64,000 bases of DNA from IMG/VR virus record IMGVR_UViG_3300042401_001747; one strand, written 5' to 3'. Source of the stretch: a virus. The stretch's first letter is position 1; the number at the start of each line of letters is the position of its first letter. Position numbers and translations under genes: made by a program. The notes below the pieces were generated by a model. It searched no databases. It was given only the letters and a program-made list of their open reading frames with translations, and had not been told where the DNA came from. Below are positions 1 through 9,021 of the stretch, in pieces.

Positions 1-3000
1 TTTTCTTCAGCTAGCTTTTCTACAGATTCCTTAACCTGTTCTGCGGACATGCCGGAGAAGTCAACACCGTATCTGTCTGAGAGGTACCTGAGTTGTTCTG
101 GTCTCCGTATGTCGTCTTCTGGCCATAGGTCGAATTCTCTCTGCAGCCCCCATGCGATGCTCTTTAGCGTTGTGGTTTTACCAGTTCCAGCACCTGCAAG
201 AATAGACAATATACGCGGGTCTTTGTTTCTAATGAGATTCATGGCGACCGCCATAATGTCTCGCTGCTCTTCGGTTGGCTCGTTTGACAAACCGAATGCA
301 AGCCTGAGCGCTACCGTCTCATCTATGGGCTTTATTTCTGGTGCTTTAGGGTTCTTTCCCTTAATTGGGCCCCTGCCGCTAGAAAGTCTTCCAGACGGAG
401 TAATGACGATTCCGTCTTTGGTCTTTGTTGGAAGATTTCGTGAAAGAGAACTCATCTCTCGTTCTGCGAAAGACGTTCTCCTAGCCTCTGGCGTGAAATC
501 GTCTGGGAACTCTACGTCCAGCATGTCTTCCATTGTTCCGCTTATGCCTGGTGTTGGTTTGATTCTTGGAGAATCTTCGTATCCAGTAAGCATTGGTACT
601 TCTAGCCAGGTGTTGTCTTTGCCTTTTCGTTCATCGTCTGGAATACCAGCAAGTCTTCGCATTGTTGATGAGCGGTCCAGCAAGTAGTCGTTTGCCTGTT
701 GAGCAGAAAGGATGGCTCTGTGCAAAGCAAGTGGGTCCGCCGTCAGTTTCTTCAACCATCCAGCTACATAAACAAGGTGATTATCTCTGATTGTTGGCTC
801 AAGACCCATTGCACCCATTGCGAATGCTGAACCTATCTCAGCAATCAGCTCTTCAAATGCGTACTGTTCGTCGCCAAATTCTTTACCCAAAGTTCTGTTT
901 AGGCGTGTTGGGTGAGACGTCCAATGAACGGTTTCATGCATCGCTGTTCCATAAAAAGCCGCAGCATCGACAAATTGTTCAAAAGCAGGCATATGAATTT
1001 TGTCTGTTGATGGACGATAAAAAGCGTCTTCGCCAAATGATTCAACAAAATCAGGACCTATTTCTTTAATAACATTTTCTAAGTCTTCAAGTCTTGCTTC
1101 TTGATTTATTTCTGTTTCAATAGGGTCGTAGTATTTCTGCGCAAGTCCGGCTACCTCGGCTACGTTGTAAACAGTCTGAGCCTCGTAATAGCGCCCCTCA
1201 ACGACTTCTTTTCCGTTTATGTCGGTAAATGTTCTTCCTTCTCGTGGAACGAGAATGGAGACGCCCTTGCTTCTTCCGCCTGGCTTAAGTTTTCCACCAA
1301 GCTTTTTCCATTGACCTTCTCCAGCCCATCGAGGTAGTTCATACCCACGAGACATGCCAATCAAACTAAGAGTGAGTTGGTTCATGCCCTGATACACGCG
1401 ACCACGCGTAGGGTTTCTTGCATAGAGCTCAGGGCGACGCCATGGAAGCTTCCAGTTCTTATCGCTATTTGGGTCGTTCATTAGGTCGGTCAAAAGTTTT
1501 ACTACGTCTTTAGACATTGCTTCGTAGAATTCTTTAAGCTGTGAGGAGCCTTCTGGAAGCTGAGCTTTGTCAGGAAGTTTGCCAGAAGAGAAGCGTTCTA
1601 CGCTTGTCATCGATTGACCAGCGATTGGTATGCGCTCGGGTTTTAGGCCTCTGGCCAACTGGGTGTTTTCTCTGTTAAGAACCTGTGACGCCTTGGGCTT
1701 TTTCTTCGGCTTTTCGCGCTCCATTTCGCCTTCAGCCATCTTCTCAACGCTTGCCATGTATTTGTCAAGCTCAGCAATAGCTTGCTTCAGTTTCTTTATT
1801 TGGTCTTTATCTGAAGCTCCATCAAGTACGCCCTGAAGCTCGTCTCGTTGCGACTCGGCAGAACCGTATTTGGCTGCAGAATCTACATCGGGGTCATCCA
1901 TGCGTGGTACATCAAACAGTTTTCCGCTGTTGAGTTTTGAGCCGACCGGCTTGACTTTTCCATCCCCAGCACGGTCGAGAATCTCCGATTCAGGCTTGCG
2001 TACTTGAGCGCGAGATGGTTTTGGGTTACGTATTGAACCAGGACCATCCGGTGTTGGGTCTGGAGTAGCAAGTGGAATACCACGAAGGAACAAGCCTTCA
2101 CCGACTATTCCGTTCAGGTTGGCATCACGTGCGGAAAATGGGTCAAAATCTTCCGCCCCAATTGACGTGAAGAATCTCCCAGACGAACGACCCCCACCAA
2201 TGTTTGGCTTATTTGTTAAGCGACCACCAATAGCACGACCAAGTCGGTAACTAGCAGCCTTCCACTCTATGTCATTTTGATTTATAGATTTTTTTTTTAG
2301 GTTATCAACCGCTGTGTCAACGGCGTCAATCAAATCATAACTAATCCCGGACGTCATTACGATTCCGTCTACGTCTACAAAAGACTCAACGCCGTGATAG
2401 TCAAATATTGGGTCTAGAGCCTGCTTGACCATGAAGGCAAACTTTGGCACGACAGGCAATAGATAGGCCTTCTCTTCAGGCCAATCACTTTGTGAACCGA
2501 ACTCGCTCAGCAACTTGAACTTACGACGCTTTTGTCTACGTCTTCCGACGGCCCCACGAAGAGCCGCTATAGCCAACTCTCCAGGGTACTTAACCTCAAG
2601 GTCAGAAACGTAGTCTTCTTGAGTGAACTCTTCTTCGATTTCGTATGTCTTTTTAGCGGTTGAATCACCCTTTACTACTCCGTTTGGTATGACGGCGAAA
2701 CGGCACTTTCCTTCTGATTCAACTTCCATGTCAATAATCTTGCAACTATCGCCACCTTGATAAAAAACGCAATTAGCACACTTAACGCCTATGCCGGCGA
2801 TTGAGTTTTCGGCAGCTGGCGTGTACCCAGCCCACACACCTTCTGAGTCTTGATTAAACTTGCCATGACGTTTTGTTATCTTAAGAAGCGCATCCCTTAG
2901 GTCTGCTTCTTCTTTGTCCAAGTTGGTCGGGTCGAATTCTTGCGTATCATCATCTTCGTACTCAACTGCTGGAAGCGCAATTATCTGGGGACCATTTTGT

Positions 3001-3920
3001 CCTGGTCTTACAGCGATAGGCATGGACATTGCCGGTGGACGCGTAGGACGCTGAGGCTGGTTTATTACGATTCCCGGAGACCCAACTGGCATCATTGGCA
3101 TTCCAGGCATAGGCACTGACGGTCTGCGTGGCGCAACAACCGTAACTGGCTCAGGTGCTCCAAACATGTATCGTCCGCGACCTCCGCTAAAATGACACTT
3201 GTATCGGCCAACTTCACCGTTGTCCGCACGACGAGCAAAGGTTAGCTCTTCTCCGTTTACGTCCATCAAGGAAACTTTTGCACCAAGCATTAAGCCTAAT
3301 TGCTTTTCAATTTCTGCACGGTTTATGGTTTCTTCTTCGTCTTCTTCCATATAAGAAACTGGACCGGAATATCCACCTTCTTCTGACTTTACGGAAATGG
3401 TGCCGGTGAGTTGGTTTGCCCCATGAAGAACTGGAGATACTTCGTATAGTTCAAGTTCGTAAATAACGTTTGCTTGCGACTTTTGGTCGAACTGGGCACG
3501 AAGCGTCTTGTAGCCAATTGACCATTCTTGTTCTTCGCCAAAGAAAGCGACCATAGCGAACGCTTCTTTACCTTTTTCAGAGTTGAGGTTAAACTGAACG
3601 CGAGCAAAAAGCCCACCGATTCCTGCCATCTTCATTTTTAAAGGCAGTCTTGGGTCCGTGTTTGGTACTTCGTAAATCTCTAAAACTTTGCCGATTGGGT
3701 CGTTCCAGTTGTGGCCCCAAACAACACGAGGTTTCCGGCGAGTAAGGCTTTTGGTGAATGCGCCAGTGGTAACAATGTCCCCCACCGAGTCCTTATTGCC
3801 TATCCCGGCTACGAAGCACTCAACCATCCCCTGAGCTTCATCTAGGTTGATGGAGCCACCTTTGGTCGCAAAGGATGTTCCAAGCGTAGTTGACTTATAT
3901 TCGTACAGTTCAGGCAACAT
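1..3920 (-). CDS. Giant polyvalent protein, truncated by the window edge (>1306 aa): HK97-family prohead protease + HiPIP-like domain + ArdC-N + HExxH metallopeptidase + SF1/UvrD-like helicase
   Basis: Hand translation from ATG 3920 stays open to position 1. Protease: GNKDSVGD..GAFTKSL..VVWGHNW..PIGKV..WSIGY..LYEVSPVLHGAN (~3390-3850). CANC-x8-C-x12-C (2703-2780). ArdC-N: WKLPW..RNPTRGRVYQGMN..RGYELPRW..TVYNVAEV (~1140-1540). Peptidase: AFYRPSTDKIHMP..MHETVHWT..YAFEELIAE (~670-1090). Helicase: PTEEQ..LAGAGTGKTTTL (<1-275). Absent from the ORF track. Confidence 0.93.
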   Translation of the reverse strand, partial: MLPELYEYKSTTLGTSFATKGGSINLDEAQGMVECFVAGIGNKDSVGDIVTTGAFTKSLTRRKPRVVWGHNWNDPIGKVLEIYEVPNTDPRLPLKMKMAGIGGLFARVQFNLNSEKGKEAFAMVAFFGEEQEWSIGYKTLRAQFDQKSQANVIYELELYEVSPVLHGANQLTGTISVKSEEGGYSGPVSYMEEDEEETINRAEIEKQLGLMLGAKVSLMDVNGEELTFARRADNGEVGRYKCHFSGGRGRYMFGAPEPVTVVAPRRPSVPMPGMPMMPVGSPGIVINQPQRPTRPPAMSMPIAVRPGQNGPQIIALPAVEYEDDDTQEFDPTNLDKEEADLRDALLKITKRHGKFNQDSEGVWAGYTPAAENSIAGIGVKCANCVFYQGGDSCKIIDMEVESEGKCRFAVIPNGVVKGDSTAKKTYEIEEEFTQEDYVSDLEVKYPGELAIAALRGAVGRRRQKRRKFKLLSEFGSQSDWPEEKAYLLPVVPKFAFMVKQALDPIFDYHGVESFVDVDGIVMTSGISYDLIDAVDTAVDNLKKKSINQNDIEWKAASYRLGRAIGGRLTNKPNIGGGRSSGRFFTSIGAEDFDPFSARDANLNGIVGEGLFLRGIPLATPDPTPDGPGSIRNPKPSRAQVRKPESEILDRAGDGKVKPVGSKLNSGKLFDVPRMDDPDVDSAAKYGSAESQRDELQGVLDGASDKDQIKKLKQAIAELDKYMASVEKMAEGEMEREKPKKKPKASQVLNRENTQLARGLKPERIPIAGQSMTSVERFSSGKLPDKAQLPEGSSQLKEFYEAMSKDVVKLLTDLMNDPNSDKNWKLPWRRPELYARNPTRGRVYQGMNQLTLSLIGMSRGYELPRWAGEGQWKKLGGKLKPGGRSKGVSILVPREGRTFTDINGKEVVEGRYYEAQTVYNVAEVAGLAQKYYDPIETEINQEARLEDLENVIKEIGPDFVESFGEDAFYRPSTDKIHMPAFEQFVDAAAFYGTAMHETVHWTSHPTRLNRTLGKEFGDEQYAFEELIAEIGSAFAMGAMGLEPTIRDNHLVYVAGWLKKLTADPLALHRAILSAQQANDYLLDRSSTMRRLAGIPDDERKGKDNTWLEVPMLTGYEDSPRIKPTPGISGTMEDMLDVEFPDDFTPEARRTSFAEREMSSLSRNLPTKTKDGIVITPSGRLSSGRGPIKGKNPKAPEIKPIDETVALRLAFGLSNEPTEEQRDIMAVAMNLIRNKDPRILSILAGAGTGKTTTLKSIAWGLQREFDLWPEDDIRRPEQLRYLSDRYGVDFSGMSAEQVKESVEKLAEE

Positions 3921-3952
3921 TCAGGAGACCCTTCGTCTTGTGTCTACTGAAA

Positions 3953-3988
3953 ATAATAAGACATTTCAAAGTCTGTTCGGTGCAACTA
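3953..3988 (-). promoter_or_regulatory. Putative promoter TAGTTGCA-N22-TATTAT upstream of the protease polyprotein
   Basis: Same 8-mer and same 22-nt spacing to a TAnnnT hexamer as at 17975 and 20035. Confidence 0.6.
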
Positions 3989-4046
3989 TGCCTATATATC
4001 CACTTTTAGTGAAATTATATAAAAATCAAATAATCGTTTAGTGAAA

Positions 4047-6107
4047 CTAAACAGTTTGACCGAAGTTCCAAGCGGAACGAGCCTCATTTTCAGCCAGTTG
4101 ATATTGACCATAAGCGAAGAAGTCGGTATACATTTCCACTAAGCCGTCTCTGAAGAACGAATATCGTCTTTCTTCGTCTGCGTATTCAAAAGATTTAATC
4201 ATAAGTGAATTAATTTCTGAAAAATTCGCTTCATTTATTCTTTTAATTCTTGAAACGTGAGCATCAACCATTGCGCGAAGGTCCTTGACTGGGAGAGCTT
4301 TTACTTTTACTCCCTTTTCGGACGCTTCGTTTACTCGTGACTCAAAAGAATCGCTAATAATAGAAGAAACAACCGGACGGATGTCTTCCTCTATCTGCTT
4401 ATTCCATGTCTCAATTGACAAAACCGAGTCAACATCAAGAGTTCCGTGCATTAAGGCCTTTTTAGACTTCAAGCCGCTAGCTTTTTCTAGCACTACTCTT
4501 TGTTGTCTTTCCGCTACACGCTCAACGCTTCTCGCAAGAATTTCAGTCCATCTTTCAATTGACTGTTCGTTCTTGTCAATCATTTCTTTTACTTGAATTT
4601 GATTACTAGGAGAAGACGCAACAGTCATTGGCTGCGGAAGTCCACCAAGTGCCTCGGTAGGAATAGTGGTTTGAGCCAATTCGCCACCTTCGGCCATTCC
4701 GGCTTCGGCCATTGCCCCCTGCATGGTGTTCGTATCCAGAGGAATAGTCTCTGCCATTGGAGGAACCGGAGTTGGCATTCCAGGTGGCATTCCAGGCATT
4801 CCAGGTGGCATCCCCGGCATTCCTGGAGGGGCCCCAGGAGCCCCAGGAATTTGAGCCTGTCCTTCTTCCATCTTCTTTTTCGTGTTTGCAATAGGAATAA
4901 GGTTTGGATTCTGAAGAAGCGAGTCAGCCAAGTCGGCATCTACTTCTTTGCGTGACGAGCCAGTTCTGTACTCGTTCGCACTAATTAGCCCAGACTGGAA
5001 TTCCTGTAGTAAATACTTGTCCCGCTCTTGCTTGTAAAGCATGAGGATTGGAACTTCGGTTGTGTCAAAATCCAGATAGTACTTTTCATCAAGTTCGTCC
5101 AGCGCTCTAGATATTGGCTCCAAATGGGGAAGCATTGTCTCCATCCAGAAAACACGAATTTCTTCTGAGGCGTTACTGAAGGTTCTGCCAGAGGCGTTAC
5201 CAATAACAGACTCAGGAACACCAAATGCAGAAAGTATTTCTTCTTTAGTTATCTGACGCATCTGGACATAGGCAGCATCGCGTGGGTTTGCAGAAGTATC
5301 GACAAAGTCAACTCCGTCGTCTGCCGCGATAACCGTAGTGTGTCCAGCCCTTGCTAGGTTTCCTCTAAATCTGTTACGAAGTTCTTCTTTGTCGTCTTCA
5401 TCAATTTCACCTCTGACAACCAACAGTCCACCCGGACGTCCGTCATTAAGAAGGTAGTTTCTGTTGTAAATCTTGGCAAGGTTTTCAATTTCTATGGCCA
5501 CGCCTGCTGCCTCAAGAGGCGTAAGCGATAGGTAAGGGTCAATGGGGTGAGGGCGTCTAACCCAGCAGACATCTTCTGGCTTGAGTATTATTTTCTCGCC
5601 ATAAGGCATTTGCACTTCGTAGCCAGAAACAAACGTTTTAGGGTCTGGTATCGGTGCTGTTGACTGAGGTGGAAGAAGGTTGAGCCCAATGATTCCACCA
5701 TCACGTCCACGTATCTTTTCTATAAAAGCTCCACGAGTACCCAGCATGAGCTGAGCAGAAAGCCTGTATCTAAAAATAAAAGAGTTTTCTCCGACATTGG
5801 CTTTATTGTTTAAAATCTCCAGCAGAGGATTGCGATTTGCTTCGCGGCCCTTAACAATTTCGCCGTGTTTTGAATTGTCTTTTCTTAAAATCATCGGCAA
5901 GCGCGCTTGGTTTCCCGAGATTGCGTCAATACACCTATTGACCCACGTGATTTTAGACATGCCTTCGCGATAGGCGCGCTCTATGTCCCAAGAGTCACGA
6001 TATGCCTTCCCAGCGAGGGATGGGTTCATGGATATGGGGGCTCCGTATCCTAAATTTTTGCTTGATTGTGAGCCCAAGCCTTTGTTTTGAGGCGAATTCC
6101 AGCCCAT
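4047..6107 (-). CDS. Portal protein (HK97 family) with Pro/Gly/Met-rich linker and C-terminal helical extension
   Basis: WVNRCIDAI, NPLLEILNN, LSLTPLEAA, NDGRPGGLL, EEILSAFGVP..G, TFSNA motifs; lies next to the prohead protease. Confidence 0.92.
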   Translation of the reverse strand: MGWNSPQNKGLGSQSSKNLGYGAPISMNPSLAGKAYRDSWDIERAYREGMSKITWVNRCIDAISGNQARLPMILRKDNSKHGEIVKGREANRNPLLEILNNKANVGENSFIFRYRLSAQLMLGTRGAFIEKIRGRDGGIIGLNLLPPQSTAPIPDPKTFVSGYEVQMPYGEKIILKPEDVCWVRRPHPIDPYLSLTPLEAAGVAIEIENLAKIYNRNYLLNDGRPGGLLVVRGEIDEDDKEELRNRFRGNLARAGHTTVIAADDGVDFVDTSANPRDAAYVQMRQITKEEILSAFGVPESVIGNASGRTFSNASEEIRVFWMETMLPHLEPISRALDELDEKYYLDFDTTEVPILMLYKQERDKYLLQEFQSGLISANEYRTGSSRKEVDADLADSLLQNPNLIPIANTKKKMEEGQAQIPGAPGAPPGMPGMPPGMPGMPPGMPTPVPPMAETIPLDTNTMQGAMAEAGMAEGGELAQTTIPTEALGGLPQPMTVASSPSNQIQVKEMIDKNEQSIERWTEILARSVERVAERQQRVVLEKASGLKSKKALMHGTLDVDSVLSIETWNKQIEEDIRPVVSSIISDSFESRVNEASEKGVKVKALPVKDLRAMVDAHVSRIKRINEANFSEINSLMIKSFEYADEERRYSFFRDGLVEMYTDFFAYGQYQLAENEARSAWNFGQTV

Positions 6108-6114
6108 CTATTAC

Positions 6115-6381
6115 CTACTCAAGTCCCAAAAGAAAGCCAAATATTCCACAGCCGACACCGGCAACCACCCAACCGGCAGGCATAAATATCATTCCTGCTC
6201 CAATACTAGTAAACAGTATAAAGCAAAACATCAGTACATTTGCGGACCTTGGTCTATTGACTTGTCTAGCCACAAAAAGAAATGGCGCTTTAATAATTCT
6301 TACAAAGTCAGAGCCTTTTGTTTTTACTCTTTTTATTAGCTTGGCTCTTCTGGTCTTTGTGTTCGATGACGCTGGGGGCAT
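6115..6381 (-). CDS. Small membrane protein upstream of portal
   Basis: Basic N-terminus and two hydrophobic C-terminal segments; probable leaderless start (TACTGT 7 nt before ATG 6381). Confidence 0.65.
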   Translation of the reverse strand: MPPASSNTKTRRAKLIKRVKTKGSDFVRIIKAPFLFVARQVNRPRSANVLMFCFILFTSIGAGMIFMPAGWVVAGVGCGIFGFLLGLE

Positions 6382-6452
6382 GTAACATACAGTAGCGCAC
6401 AAATTGCCCCAAATGCACTAAGGGCTTTAATTGATTGGTCAATATATATCTC

Positions 6453-7766
6453 ATGGCTACAAAATCTAACTGGGATGAAGTACTTGAGTACCTGAGCCCA
6501 AAGCTGCCACCATTCTGCCCAGAAGAACCCTCAATTAATCAAAAAGTTTTTTTAAGAACTAATTCTATAGAGGCATTATTTGGAGGTGCGGCCGGAGGAG
6601 GAAAGTCCTCAGCCCTCCTGATGGCGGCGCTTCAGTATGTAGACGTTCCTGGCTATTCAGCCCTTCTCTGCCGTAGAACCTTTGCCGACCTTTCCCTGCC
6701 TGGAGCCTTGATGGACAGATTCAGGGCGTGGATGAGTAACTACGACGACGTTCACTGGAACAACAACACTTTCGTTGCCACCTTTCCATCTGGGGCCCGT
6801 ATCTCCTTTGGTTACCTAAATAACGTAAATGACTACCTACGATACAAAGGTTCGGAATTTCAATTCATAGGAATGGACGAAGTTACCGAAATCAGAGAAT
6901 CCGACTATAGATACCTCTTCTCTCGTCTTCGTCGACCCGCCAGTGGTCCAATATCTCAGGTTCCGCTAAGAATGAGGGCTGCATCAAACCCAGCCCCTAA
7001 CTGGGTGAGACAAAGGTTCATTGTAGAAGGCAAGGAGACCGGGCGCGTCTTCGTGCCATCCACGTTGAAGGACAACCCAGGAATTGACGCTGTTTCGTAC
7101 CGTCAGGCCCTTTCAGAGCTGGACCCCGTTGAAAGACGACGCCTAGAAGAAGGAGACTGGTGGTCAACGACCCTCGGTAGCCTCTTTCAGCGCGAGGCCT
7201 TTCTTGTTATTGACCCAGAAGAGATACCCGTCATAACCAACTCAGCAAGGGTGGTCCGGTTTTGGGACCTTGCCGCGACAGAGCCACATGCTGGATACCC
7301 AGACCCCGACTGGACCGTAGGAACCCTAATGATGTTTGATGGCGGTGTTGCCTATGTTCTTGACGTAAAAAAGGCCAGAGTCAGGGGTGAAAAGGTGGAG
7401 CAACTCATCGCTAAGACGGCAGAAGAAGACGGTTTTGGTGTTGCCATCAGAATGGAGCAGGAGCCTGGTTCTTCAGGCAAGGCCCTGGTTGACCAATACG
7501 CCAGATACGTGATTCCTGGATACGATTTCGGCGCAATGCGCCCAACGGGAGATAAGGTCACAAGAGCTAGGCCTTTTGCTGCTGCCGCTTCAAACGGAAA
7601 CGTGAGGCTAGTTCGCGCTTCATGGTTGACAGATTGGTTGGATGAATTTTCTTCATTCCCAGAAGCCTCAAACCATGACGACCAAATAGACTCCGCAGTT
7701 GGAGCATTTACCTATCTAACAGGTTTAGGGTTGCCACAACGCAAAAGAGCTTCTATACTCATCTAG
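6453..7766 (+). CDS. terL: Terminase large subunit
   Basis: Walker A GGAAGGGKS, Walker B FIGMDE, motif III ASNP, RNase H-like RFWDLA and HDDQIDS; ATG 6453 preferred over the track start at 6435. Confidence 0.95.
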   Translation: MATKSNWDEVLEYLSPKLPPFCPEEPSINQKVFLRTNSIEALFGGAAGGGKSSALLMAALQYVDVPGYSALLCRRTFADLSLPGALMDRFRAWMSNYDDVHWNNNTFVATFPSGARISFGYLNNVNDYLRYKGSEFQFIGMDEVTEIRESDYRYLFSRLRRPASGPISQVPLRMRAASNPAPNWVRQRFIVEGKETGRVFVPSTLKDNPGIDAVSYRQALSELDPVERRRLEEGDWWSTTLGSLFQREAFLVIDPEEIPVITNSARVVRFWDLAATEPHAGYPDPDWTVGTLMMFDGGVAYVLDVKKARVRGEKVEQLIAKTAEEDGFGVAIRMEQEPGSSGKALVDQYARYVIPGYDFGAMRPTGDKVTRARPFAAAASNGNVRLVRASWLTDWLDEFSSFPEASNHDDQIDSAVGAFTYLTGLGLPQRKRASILI

Positions 7767-7802
7767 CAAATCACCTATCTAAACTTAAATGAGGTACTAG
7801 TA

Positions 7803-8300
7803 ATGAGCTTGGAAAAAATCCAAGAGCTCCGCTCTTCTTTAATCAACCTTGACAAAGAATTGTCCTTGTTCATATCCGGGGAACCTACACCAGAAGAAGC
7901 CGGTCAAGGACTCGCAGAGTTGAACCTTTTGAAAAGAGATGTCGCGCTCGTTTATGATTCCTTCGCACACGCTCTGTCCGAAATCATGGGTTCAGTAGAG
8001 ATGCTGTCACTCCCTGACGGCACCACGATTGAAAAGAAGTCAGCCTACGACAGAAAAGGCTGGAAGCATTTAGAGCTCGGTTCAGCCGTAGCGGAACGTC
8101 TTGTAAAAATGTCTATTGACATGGACACTGGAGAGGTGACAAAGTCTCCAAAGGAAATCGCAGAAGAAATGCTTGCCTACTGCGCTCCGTCATATTGGAG
8201 AATTAAAGAACTAAACAAAATCGGCTTAAATGCCGATAACTTTAGTGAGACTGGCGAACTCAAAACAAGCATCATCGTTCGCAAACCTAAAAATACATAA
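7803..8300 (+). CDS. Hypothetical protein in recombination block
   Basis: 165-aa ORF with GAGG RBS, upstream of the Rad52/Sak gene. Confidence 0.75.
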   Translation: MSLEKIQELRSSLINLDKELSLFISGEPTPEEAGQGLAELNLLKRDVALVYDSFAHALSEIMGSVEMLSLPDGTTIEKKSAYDRKGWKHLELGSAVAERLVKMSIDMDTGEVTKSPKEIAEEMLAYCAPSYWRIKELNKIGLNADNFSETGELKTSIIVRKPKNT

Positions 8301-8328
8301 ACATACTTAACTAAACAAGGAGACCTAC

Positions 8329-9021
8329 GTGTCGTCTATTAATATCAATAACTCAGAGAACATTTCGCGTCTCTTAGCAGAGCCTTTCTCGGAAGAAATG
8401 GAACGCACGAGAATCAAGGGCGGAATTTCGCTCATCTATCTTCCGATAAGTGAAGTCATCAATCGTCTTAACAAAGTTTTGGGCGTTGACAACTGGTCGT
8501 TTGAAATCGTTTCCGTTCGCCGTGACGATGTGGATACAGATGAAATTGTTGCTCACGTATCGTTAACTGCCACCATAGGTGATTTAACCGTCATTAAACA
8601 CGGTTTTGGTGGTTCCTCAGTGAAGCGTCAGAAGAAAGACAACAAGCCACTTGACCTCGGAAACGACTTTAAAGGGGCCGTCTCTGATGCTCTTAAAAAG
8701 GCCGCTCAGCTATTGGGTGTCGGTCTATACCTCGCACGCTCTGCAGATGCCTTAGACGCGGAATACGCATCCTCTGCGCCAGCCCCACAACCCGAGGTGC
8801 CATCAGAGATTGATGAAAAATGGACCAACTTTGTTTCAGTTGCAAAAACACTGACACAAGAACAAAAAGACTCATTGAACACTTTTTGGACCAATCATTC
8901 AAACGGGAAAGCAAAGCCCACTCGCGCTACCGTGACTGAAGAAGACATTGACACCCTTGTTGTTGAGGCAATGCGTTTGTCGTTTGGTGCAACTCTTGTT
9001 GCAAAAACAGATGACAACTGA
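8329..9021 (+). CDS. Rad52/Rad22 (Sak)-family single-strand annealing protein
   Basis: LIYLP..EVINRLNKVLGVDNWSF, KGAVSDALKKAAQLLGVGLYL; AAGGAG RBS. Confidence 0.9.
   Translation: MSSININNSENISRLLAEPFSEEMERTRIKGGISLIYLPISEVINRLNKVLGVDNWSFEIVSVRRDDVDTDEIVAHVSLTATIGDLTVIKHGFGGSSVKRQKKDNKPLDLGNDFKGAVSDALKKAAQLLGVGLYLARSADALDAEYASSAPAPQPEVPSEIDEKWTNFVSVAKTLTQEQKDSLNTFWTNHSNGKAKPTRATVTEEDIDTLVVEAMRLSFGATLVAKTDDN

Noticed and set aside
49-3616. Track ORFs 49..687, 593..790, 791..1069, 1101..1337, 1630..1836 (+) and 1883..2101, 3389..3616 (-)
   Set aside because: Antisense or out-of-frame shadows of the motif-rich 1..3920 minus-strand ORF
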